A stretch of 64,000 bases of DNA, from positions 306,805 to 370,804 of the IMG/VR virus record IMGVR_UViG_3300030385_002649, one strand, 5' to 3'. The translations under genes were made by a program, and so were the position numbers. A model generated the notes under the pieces. The model ran no database searches. It saw nothing but the letters and a program-made list of their open reading frames with translations, and was not told where the DNA came from. How positions within the stretch are numbered: the stretch's first letter is position 1; every line of letters begins with the position of its first letter. Shown in pieces: positions 55,201 to 64,000 of the stretch.

Positions 55201-58200
55201 TATGACCAAAGAATCACTAGTTTCTTACATATGCGATGCTCTAATGGGTGGTCCATACGGAGATATGATCATAGAGGACTATGGGCTAGAAATAGAACAC
55301 GAGCACCCCTCTGATGAATTAAAGTTCGTCTCGTCAACAGAAGGAAAGTCGTCTTTCACGTTGAAAATCACAGAAGATTGAGAGAATTATGAGTCATGTT
55401 AATTATATTGATTATGACGGACTCCCTTTTAGGTCCGGCTTATATGTCTGGGCGAAGAACACGACTTCCACAGACATGAGGTGGAAAGGAATCATTGTAC
55501 GAGTTGACCACTCTGACACCTCGAACGCTGTTGATACTGTAATCACTGATTGGGAACCGTCCCACGAATCTATGATCATAGGTCGTGCTACGAAGAACGT
55601 ACGGATGTATCTCGCAGTACTGCGTCGCGTCGATAGCCTTGAAAAGTTCAAGAAAAGGCGTGCACTTTTAATGCCATCAGACTTGTTCAACGCTAACTTC
55701 AAGGAGGTGATCAATGAGAGATGATGACACGTCAGTCGCCGGAATTGTCTTCCGGTATGACTCGACAAACGGGTCAGCGTGGAATGGTGCGCTGGTCGAA
55801 GGACTCAGAGTTACGTCTGGAATTCTATATGGAATTCTACTGTCCAAGCCTGCGATATTGTTAACCCATCGTAAAGTTGGTGATCAGATCCGTCTTGAAC
55901 GTGGTTTTTGTGTAGAACATGGCCCACCTGCCAAGGAGATAAAGAGGAACAACCTGTTCGACGCCAACTTCAAGGAGGAAAATGATGAGTAAGCTGGATA
56001 TCGACGGGCTTCCGTTCTTTCCTGACGTGGTGTATGTGTATATCGCTGTAAATTCGCGCAATTGGGATGGTGTTACTTTCAAGGCTCTCCGGATGGATCA
56101 GTACGGGACAATAAACGGTCAACTCTTGACTGTACCAACTCGTAATCCGTTCAATGTCGGTGATGTAGCCTCCATGGACATCCAAAATTGTAGGAGGATT
56201 AAAGACGATAACAAAGTCGTCAAAGTTGAGAACATTTTCGAGAACATTTTCGAGAACATTTTCGAAGTCAACTTCAAGGAGTAGGTTGTGATTAAAGTCA
56301 CGTTGGTTAAGAACAGAGCTAAGACAAAGGCTGTCGTTCATCTGAAGCGAGGCCAATTGTTTAAGGTGCCTAACGAAGAAAGGGTCTTCCAAAAGATCGG
56401 GTTTTCGAGTGGGGAAAAGAGACCTGATCTTCCTGAGTACTACTCGATGGTGCTGAGCTTGGAAAACGGCGAGGTCTTCATCTGGTCGGACTCCACTCGT
56501 GTCGTCCTTCTCGGTGGCGATTTGAAGTCTTGGGAGATCGAGTGAAGGTTGGAAAACAAATCATTAGGATCAACGTTCAGATGATCTTGATGGTTAGAGC
56601 GTTCAAGAAGAAAGATTGGGTCGAGTACGGTACTCGGCTTAACAAGGTGATCTTAGAGCTTGAAGCTCTAAGGATGATGGGTTGCCCAAGTCGCAGCCAA
56701 GTGGAGGTCGAACAGTGAGTGTCAGAGTCGCGAAAACCAGGATTGTAAGCTTAGCGCCAGTTGGTTATTATGCTGATAACAGTCCTATTTATAAGTTCAA
56801 TACCTCGTTCCCTACGTCGGGTGTTAAGTCTCTCAAGAAGGGGCTTGATAATCTTAGCGATGCCGAGGTTGCAGCTGAAGAGGTGTTGAAGAAGCACACA
56901 AACGACAACTTCCCGTGCGGTATGGGCGAGGTGATCGGCGCTGTGCAAAAGAGTAACGGCAAGTATTATGGTGTCGTCAACCTTTATAGGAGCAAGTCAT
57001 GAAGTTTAGTGAGTGGGATAAGCTCGAAGACGGCGAGTTGACCGGAAAGCATCTCGAACAGAAGGAAGAGCACGCAGCTATGGTGCACGAGCAATGCGAG
57101 CGTCACAAGCGTAAGCACATCGACACTAGGTTCAACTACTTAGAAGAGGAAGAGGAGTTCGACCTAGACGTGTTCCTCAACGGCGACTGCGTCGAGGTTG
57201 ACGACGAGGACGAGGAATGATACTTGACGACGATCAACTAAGGGCTTTTTTCATCATTGCTGGAGCCAACTTGGTTGGTATCGCCATGCTCTCGTTGGGC
57301 CTAGTGATCAGCTTTTTGATCGGACTCTTTAGAAAGAAGGACAAGAATGACTAACGGGCAACTTCTAGAAAGAGTCCGGAAGCACTTGGGTCTACCAACT
57401 CAAGACGGTGAGATTCAAGGCGTTTTCGGCCAAGACCTTCAGCGTCCTCATTTCTTCCTCGCCAAGCTAGGTGAGAAGGTCTTCGAGATTCAGTGTCTTG
57501 AAGTAGACTCAGGAGGTTGGCTAGAGGACCTGAACGTTGAAGTTCCTTGTGAGCTTCACGTGTGTGATGGTTGTCAGAGCCTAACTGTGGTGGAGGAATA
57601 AATGGCTAAGATCATGAAAGGGGATTTAGATTCCCTGCCCTGGCATTTCATGCTTAGAGCAATGAGTGACGAGATGTTCAAGTCTAACGGAGCCCAGCTC
57701 TCCGACGGGCGCGACCATGTTGATGTAGAATTCAAAATCAACGGGGTTGAGCTTGATTTTGAGTCCCTCATCGAGTCCTGGTGGGTAAACAAGAATCGAT
57801 ACATCCTAGAAAAGGCAGAGAAACTTGTCGGCAACAGAATCGAAGAAGCTCTTCTAGACCTGAGAGATGAGATCGGCCTGTTAACTGAGCGAGCGGCTGA
57901 TGCATTAAACGAAGCTTTCTCGGAAGAGATCCGGAAGAGCGGCGACGATGATGTTGGCTCAGCTTCTTCTTGAGGCTGAGCCAAGTGGGTGTGGTCACAA
58001 ATTGTGTGGCTGTGGGAGCAGGACTTGCGCTTGTCGCTGCGATTGCTCCCTGCCCATCAACCCCCATGGGGCTTAACCTGGACACCAAAACCTTTTAACA
58101 TTCGAAAATACGAGGCTCAAATGCACGGATCTTCCGTTGATTTTGTCGTTCATTACTGTGGGGCTAACGACCCATCTTTCATCCCAATCATCCGAACCGC

Positions 58201-61200
58201 CCAAGGACAGGAGCTTTACCGTGGCGACAGGTTTCAAGGGTCTGACGCTTTGGAACAAGCTATGGCCGCTGCTCGAAACGCTTGGGTGACTAACGCCACC
58301 GGGAACATCATCAAGTTTAAGGAAACCGAGTGAAACGAGTTCCTCAACCTGACTACTACGTCTACGGGTGCAGATTTCTTGAAGGCAAGAAATATCTTTA
58401 CTACTGGACAGGAAAGAGATTCTCAACCTCCATAGACGAAGCCAAAATCTTCCCGAGATTCGCTTTGGCCAGTGAGGAAATTTGGAATGGCCCGCTTTGG
58501 GACAACACTGAGTACTTTAAGAACTTAGGCTTCCAAAAGTTCATGCCCAGAGACGTCAACGAGAAGAAGCCAGAATGGTTCGATGGACCAGAAATCAAAA
58601 CGCCATGATTAGCATTGTAAGGAAGAACCTGCTCACTAGGGTTGGTTATACTCCCTATTGTGTCAACATTGCTTGTGTTGACACAAGCCGGTCTAAGTTC
58701 GATGGGGAACAATTTAAGTGTGAAAGCTGTGACTGGCGTTCCGAGTTCGAGTCTGAGTTCATCAAGAAGTATCTTAAGTTCAAACAAGGCGGCCTGACCC
58801 TAGATGCGTTTGTTGAATGTAGGGATGCGCTGGCCTTAGCGATGGAGTGGCTAGACCCGAAGGACGATATGGAGCTTTCCCGAGATGAGCTAAAATGGTT
58901 AGATGATCGTCTGATGAGAGCTACTATTTTGGCGGATCAATTATCTGAACAAACGCCTAAGACCAACATTCGCATTAGTCCAGTCGAAGGTTTTAACGAC
59001 CTAGACGATTATATGGATTATTCAGGAGGAGTCATATGATTCTTGTTTTCGCAGCCTTTAGCATGTTGGTGATCGCGGTGGTTGCCGTGGTCGGCCATGG
59101 CCTTATCAACTCTTACAAAGACGGGGGTCCAAATGGACGCTAAGACGACGATCAACATCTGCAGTGCTGATCACTTCTTCACCGAGGGTGGGGCTTACAA
59201 TTTCATCGGGCTTCTCTTGCCTGAGGCACACGCCAAGTGCAAGAAGACGTTCAAGTGCTTCTTGGAGCGCGGAGTTGTCAAGCACCCCGATTTGGAGTGT
59301 TTCGGTATTCCGGAGTACGTGAAGCCGGACATGGCGGTAGCCATCATGGGACCATCTGGAATCGGAAAGTCCACTTTCATCAAGACAGTGATCCCCCAGC
59401 TTTATCCTGGCAAGCGAGTCATTGTCTTGGATAACACGAACGTTTTGATCTCCTCTTTGGCGTGGTACAATGACACGGCTGAGCTGAACGGTGTTCCGTT
59501 CTACATCATCAAGATGATCCCTGAGGGTTGGAAGAATTTCGACATTGACGTGGACGCTGATGGGCGGATTGTTACTGATCATGTTCTGCGGGAATTCATC
59601 AACCTGTGCGTCGAACGGAACGCTCATAACGTGCCTCGCAAGGCCATCGAGCAGATGTTCCTTCAGATGCGACAGAACGAGCCATTCTTCCCGACTAGGT
59701 ACAACTTCAAGCATGTTGTGGTTCGTGACAGCGAGTGGGCCATCGGCATCGACACGTTTGCCCTTGAACCCTTGGCGGCCTAGTGAGTAGCCTAAATGTA
59801 ACGGGGGCTCCATGGAAAAAACCGCCGTTACGCTACTGGCCATTCTTTTGGCTCGGTAAGCTATGGTTTAACATCAATTGGTGGTGGTGTAAAGGCATGA
59901 GATATGCTAAGCACATCATTATCCGAGAGGAAGCCGAATATGTCCAAAACTTCGAGAGAAGGAACAACCGAAGGCTTTAACTGCCCGGAGTATCTGAAGT
60001 CCTTTGGGGTGAAATGAAGAAATTTCTCGTTTTTGCCGGGGTTGATTATTCTCCGGCTGGAGGGATCCGTGATCTCATCGGAACGACGGACGACATAGAG
60101 TCAGCTGTTCGGCTGAGTGACGAGGAAGACTTGATCAACGGTGAGGATCTCAAGTACGATTGGGCTCATATCTTTAACGTCGAGACGGGCGAGACTGAGT
60201 GTTATCGGTTTAATGATGGGAAATGGGGCAAAAACGATGTCTGGTTTCCTAATCTTGCAACCTTGGAGAAGGAAAATGCAAAGCTTTTGGGAGAGATTTA
60301 AGTTTAAGCTACAATTTCAATTGTGGTGGTTAGGCGGTGCATTCAAGCACTTATTGTGCAAGGTACTCAATCATAAGTGGGCGAACTCGCGGCACGGCGA
60401 TCTGCGAAAGTGTACTAGGTGTAAGCTTGCCGAGTTTGTTTAATGGATGGTGATAAGAAGGAAGTGATGGCTCGGATCTTGTGGGTCCTAGGTATGATTC
60501 TTCTTATGGCGCTAACTTCGAAGTTATGAGCCAAGTAGTGGTGTGATGGTGTAGGAGAATAATCATGAAAATTTTTAGGATGGTATCGAATAAAGGATTC
60601 CATTGTGTGATTGGAGATCCAAGCGTTCTAAAGGAAGAAACGAGATTCTGCGAGGAGGAAGAACGGTGCAAACTGGACCCGGGTGGGTTGCTCCACCTTA
60701 AGATTCCCTGGCATGAGTTCGAGGTCCAAGGGGTGAAGTTCGCGATTCAGCTTCATAACGCTGAGTTCTTTGGTCGCAACATGCGGGAGAAGCAATCCGG
60801 CAACCTTTATGGTGATGATCTTGTCGCTTTCTTTAGCGGCGGGAAGGAATTCATCATACCTAAGGGTGTTCATGATGAATTGCTCACAACGTTGAAACAG
60901 TTGAGTAAATCAACCGAGGCGGCTCATATGGAGATGGATGCTGATGACAACGTGCGTCACTTGGAAGAGAACATTGATTTCATCTCGACCAAGAATAAGA
61001 GCGTCGCAGAAATCAATGCGGCTTTGAACAAACCCGCTGGAGAATAGATGAAAATCGATAAGACTCAGTATATCGGCTACTTCGTGATGTGGAATGTCTT
61101 ATTCGCGGCGTTAGATCACCTCCATGGCGACCCGATCGAGTGGGGGTCGAACTTCATGCTCGCAGCCTTGCTGCTGAGTGCGTTGATCACCGGGATCTTG

Positions 61201-61266
61201 TTAGTAACTAAGACGATTGACCTAATCCAAATCAACTTCGAAAAGAAAACAGATCAACTTCCTTAG
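46226..61266 (+). CDS. Dense co-oriented run of dozens of small hypothetical genes
   Basis: Track ORFs tile the plus strand with GGAG SD sites and ATGA overlaps; no function recognised for most. Confidence 0.65.
47353..47895 (+). CDS. Paralog family A, copy 2
   Basis: HGAFLKRLGYTV..VECAGFEV..STFSFDDLF; followed by hairpin 47904-47933. Confidence 0.85.
   Translation: MSDVVIGLIMVQKATIDGDTVKWKTFKPTSGHGAFLKRLGYTVRDELLVQDKGKYLQVECAGFEVVQVDTSLTGDAGLEEVAKLKKVIAEKKLISYPSQNGSQFSFMGSDGTVNSGKASKMPGAVRYLDRVVPGCSALVAKRADKQKTRKVVESTFSFDDLFSDDDDKDAKKAAPVKKKK
54784..55001 (+). CDS. DUF2283-like protein
   Basis: VGYLDL..SQEV..LVLDFSDEGRLIGIEFLNA; SD AAGGAG. Confidence 0.7.
55389..56284 (+). CDS. Three tandem paralogs ending (L/I)F(N/D/E)xNFKE (family C)
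   Basis: 55389-55724, 55714-55992, 55982-56284; DGLPF in copies 1 and 3; GAGAACATTTTC x3 at 56228-56263. Confidence 0.7.
59136..59783 (+). CDS. AAA_33 / N4BP2-like polynucleotide kinase with rearranged motif order
   Basis: ICSADHFF..EAHAKC, GPSGIGKST, VLDNTN, RNAHNVPRKAIEQM. Confidence 0.75.
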   Translation, partial: DAKTTINICSADHFFTEGGAYNFIGLLLPEAHAKCKKTFKCFLERGVVKHPDLECFGIPEYVKPDMAVAIMGPSGIGKSTFIKTVIPQLYPGKRVIVLDNTNVLISSLAWYNDTAELNGVPFYIIKMIPEGWKNFDIDVDADGRIVTDHVLREFINLCVERNAHNVPRKAIEQMFLQMRQNEPFFPTRYNFKHVVVRDSEWAIGIDTFALEPLAA

Positions 61267-61332
61267 GGCGTTCCTTAGGATAAAATTTTTTCGTAATTTA
61301 GAAGGTGTTTCACCTTCGAAAGGAGACGTTGT

Positions 61333-62292
61333 ATGTCAACGCGACGATTTAGAGTGAAGGACTCGTGGGGGCCAGCTACGGCTGACCGAAAAGAGTTAGC
61401 TCAGGTGCCCGGCATGTACGCCGGGCACACCCTAACGGGCCACGCTTTGTCGGCTAGTGGCAAATCGGTGTGGACTAAGATTGTTGGCGAATCTTGCCGG
61501 ATTCCCGTCGAGTTTGTCGAGTGGGTTCAGGGTGGCACTCTGCTACCGTTAAGCTTTGTCAAGGCAAACGCCGCTATGGGACCTGGGCGCAGCTTGGATA
61601 GCATCGAAGTGGGGGACTATCTTAAATTCTCCATCGACGATGGCAATAGCTGGACCCGTCGGATCACGTCGATTGGCGTGAAGGCTGATGACACCAAGTT
61701 TCTTAGCTTGTACAATGATGACACTGGTTCCTCGTTCTGTGTCCCGGTCAATTTCTTCAGCCAGTGTCTTCACATGTGTGAGGTCTTTAGTGAACAGGAA
61801 TTCCGTTCCTTGAACGATCCTGTCGTTATTGCTCTTAACGCGAAGATCACTAAGCTTGAGCGTTCTGTGGTTCAACACCAACAGGCGTGTGGCACTTGGA
61901 AGGAAGAACTCCGCAAAGCCATCGTCACATCGAAGCATTTCCAAGACGGCAACAACATTCTTCACCGGGCTAATGTGAAGTTTAAGCAGCGTATTGCTGA
62001 GCTTTACATTCTTCACCGGGCTAATGTGAAGTTTAAGCAGCGTATTGCTGAGCTTGAGCTTCTTGACCAGGGCTTCGGTGAGTGCTCGGTGAGTGCTCCG
62101 GTTGCTGTGGCGCCTGCTGTTCCGGTGATGACGGTCGCTCTTGCCTCTGTGCAAGCTTCGGTTCCGATTCGTGCTGAGTCTGCGAAGGAGAACATTGCTG
62201 TTGCTTCTTTCAAGGCTACGGCTTTTCAGACTATTGTTCGCTGGGGTGCCGTTGTGGCCCTTGGCATTGGCGCTCTAGTAGCGTTCGCTTAA
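61333..62292 (+). CDS. Family B protein with an internal 51-bp duplication
   Basis: 50-bp perfect repeat 61955-62004 / 62006-62055; C-terminal TM. Confidence 0.75.
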   Translation: MSTRRFRVKDSWGPATADRKELAQVPGMYAGHTLTGHALSASGKSVWTKIVGESCRIPVEFVEWVQGGTLLPLSFVKANAAMGPGRSLDSIEVGDYLKFSIDDGNSWTRRITSIGVKADDTKFLSLYNDDTGSSFCVPVNFFSQCLHMCEVFSEQEFRSLNDPVVIALNAKITKLERSVVQHQQACGTWKEELRKAIVTSKHFQDGNNILHRANVKFKQRIAELYILHRANVKFKQRIAELELLDQGFGECSVSAPVAVAPAVPVMTVALASVQASVPIRAESAKENIAVASFKATAFQTIVRWGAVVALGIGALVAFA

Positions 62293-62352
62293 CTGGATAG
62301 AGGGCACAGCCAAGTGGTTGTGTCCTCGTCCTCAACTCCATCTGGAGGTTTC

Positions 62353-62772
62353 ATGACTGTTTTGGGATTCATCAAGATCAACAAGAAGACTCAAGGGCAC
62401 GCTGATGTTCTCACTAAGCTGGGCTACACTGTTAACAGTGACGTTCAGCCGGAGCACTTGGTCGTCGAGTGCACTGGATTCGTTGTCCAGGAAATCGACC
62501 TGACCGATCACGCCGCAGCGCTTGACAGCATCAAGGGCTGGATCAAGGAGAAGAAGCTCATCTCCTACAAGAGTAGCTTCAAGGCCAAGAAGAAGGACGG
62601 CAACATCACTGTCCTTCCCGGTGTGCACGGTGCTCGTTACCTGAACCAAGTGGTTCCTGGTATGAGCGCTCTGGTTGCTAAGGAGGATGAGCCCGCCGTT
62701 CTGGCTCAGGCTTCGTTCTCCATGGACGACCTCATTGATGCTGAAGTTGAGGACGATTCCGATTCGGAGTAG
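62353..62772 (+). CDS. Paralog family A, copy 3
   Basis: HADVLTKLGYTV..VECTGFVV..ASFSMDDLI. Confidence 0.85.
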   Translation: MTVLGFIKINKKTQGHADVLTKLGYTVNSDVQPEHLVVECTGFVVQEIDLTDHAAALDSIKGWIKEKKLISYKSSFKAKKKDGNITVLPGVHGARYLNQVVPGMSALVAKEDEPAVLAQASFSMDDLIDAEVEDDSDSE

Positions 62773-62778
62773 CCCTCA

Positions 62779-62804
62779 CGTCCTGGGCATGACCTTAAAC
62801 TGCC
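62779..62804 (+). ncRNA. 26-nt repeated element, copy 1 (pseudoknot-capable)
   Basis: 24/26 identical to 63650-63675. Confidence 0.55.
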
Positions 62805-62833
62805 TTCCCAACCAACAATTTTCGGAGGTGTGA

Positions 62834-63643
62834 ATGTACATCAATATTGAATCAGATGGAAAACCGGTCGCGTCAATTCTTGACCTTTATATCATGGACC
62901 GTTCGTTCTCACTTGGCGGGGTTTTAACAAGCCAAGCGAGAAAAGACCGAGAAGAACAAGGGGTTAGAGCAGGCTTCTGGTTTTCCAAGCTGGAAAATCA
63001 ACACCTTGAACTGCCGTACGAGGTCTGGATCACTCGTCATGAAAACCAGACTCAACTGCTAGTCGGTCTTTTCTCGACGCCTGTTTTGGCTCATATTTTC
63101 TCTGAGATCATTGAGCCTTCGACCAAGATTGGTCAGGACATTGGTGTCGCATCGATCAGGCTCGAAGAGGCAAAGTTTGGCATCTGGGGCTATCCTTCCT
63201 TACAATTGGCGGATGATCTCAGAGGGCTCCCCTTCCGGGATGATGGGCCCATTTCTTTCGACGAAAGTCCTAACCCTAAGGAGGTCACCGTGAGTGACGA
63301 CATGAGTAATTCTATGGATAGCGGCCAATTAGCTGCTGATCCTCAACTCGCCGCTATGGCTAGTCTGGTCTCCCAGACTAACCAGTTCGACGTTCAGATG
63401 CATGCAATTAACGCTCAGTACGAGGGCCAAATGCATGCAGTTGGTGCCCAGCAAGAGATGTATCGGAAGAATGCTCAGTTGCATCTTTCGCATGCGATGT
63501 TGAGCCGAGATTCAGCGGTTGCCCATATCTCTTCTGAAGAGAAGACTATCATTTCCGAGCTTCGGCACGGGACTGGTCGTCTCTTTTTGAAGTGTGCTTC
63601 CGCCTCAGGAGTTATCCTGGGCGCGATTTATCTTCTCGTCTAG
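62834..63643 (+). CDS. Hypothetical protein with C-terminal TM helix
   Basis: Track ORF, 269 aa; SD GGAGG. Confidence 0.7.
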   Translation: MYINIESDGKPVASILDLYIMDRSFSLGGVLTSQARKDREEQGVRAGFWFSKLENQHLELPYEVWITRHENQTQLLVGLFSTPVLAHIFSEIIEPSTKIGQDIGVASIRLEEAKFGIWGYPSLQLADDLRGLPFRDDGPISFDESPNPKEVTVSDDMSNSMDSGQLAADPQLAAMASLVSQTNQFDVQMHAINAQYEGQMHAVGAQQEMYRKNAQLHLSHAMLSRDSAVAHISSEEKTIISELRHGTGRLFLKCASASGVILGAIYLLV

Positions 63644-63649
63644 GCGTTC

Positions 63650-63675
63650 CGTCCCGGGCATGACTTTAAACTGCC
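63650..63675 (+). ncRNA. 26-nt repeated element, copy 2
   Basis: CGTCCYGGGCATGACYTTAAACTGCC. Confidence 0.55.
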
Positions 63676-63697
63676 CATCCCCTTAAAGGAGGGTGAT

Positions 63698-64000
63698 ATG
63701 GAAGACGACGACGACGACGACGACGACTATTATTATTCGTGCGGTGATTGCGGTCATGAAGACTGCATATGTGGTGACGAAGCCGACGAAGCCGACGAAG
63801 CCGACGAAGCCGACGAAGCCGACGAAGCCGACGAAGCCAACGAAGCCAACGAAGCCAACGAAGCCAACGAAGCCAACGAAGCCATTCAAGGAAATGGATG
63901 TAACTGTTCTAGTTGTATTCGACGGCGGGAAGTGTTGGCTGACGAAACAGCAGAAGCTGACGAAACAGCAGAAGCTGACGAAACAGCAGAAGCTGACGAA
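63698..64000 (+). CDS. Acidic repeat protein, partial (runs off right edge)
   Basis: SD AAGGAGG; MED8YYYSCGDCGHEDCICG-(DEA)7(NEA)5-IQGNGCNCSSC...(DETAEA)3+. Confidence 0.75.
   Translation, partial: MEDDDDDDDDYYYSCGDCGHEDCICGDEADEADEADEADEADEADEANEANEANEANEANEAIQGNGCNCSSCIRRREVLADETAEADETAEADETAEADE

Larger units (their letters stand above)
38846..62317 (+). repeat. Dispersed strand-specific motif AGCCAAGT(G/A)G, 17 copies (plus one at 33386)
   Basis: Starts at 38846, 40256, 41229, 42673, 43561, 44355, 46541, 47999, 49332, 50501, 52266, 53159, 54659, 56695, 57979, 60529, 62308. Confidence 0.85.

Noticed and set aside
63683-63889. Minus-strand (GFV)n ORF
   Set aside because: Antisense of the DEA/NEA repeat; the plus frame has the SD
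1-64000. Assignment as an archaeal Borg-type element
   Set aside because: Perfect tandem repeats and a replichore-like switch are reminiscent, but def, FmdB, bacterial-type tRNAs and gp23-like fragments favour a bacteriophage

Overview
This looks like 64 kb of a very large (jumbo-like) dsDNA bacteriophage genome, probably with a T4-type head. The basis is dense prokaryotic gene packing with Shine-Dalgarno sites, two tRNAs, gp23-like capsid fragments and L-x-E propeptide-like N-termini. The host cannot be determined from the window. There are four zones. (1) 1-14.9 kb: giant virion-like proteins, an exported vWA protein, an HNH-containing 1309-aa protein, a lipoprotein and a tail-type protein. 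(2) 15-25.5 kb: metabolic and accessory genes (thyA, def, fcl, HExxH protease, NadR-like AAA, NDT-like, macrodomain, FmdB). (3) 25.4-38.1 kb, minus strand: an array of about 40 complete and about 9 half copies of a tiny Cys/His micro-protein module, CRCGH...H...C..CxC..W(Y/F)S, most of them too short for the ORF track. A deacetylase gene lies inside the array. (4) After a structured strand-switch and skew-flip point at about 38.7 kb: a plus-strand arm of small hypothetical genes, tRNAs, paralog families and tandem repeats, punctuated by 17 same-strand copies of the motif AGCCAAGT(G/A)G. All calls come from manual reading and translation; no database searches were run.
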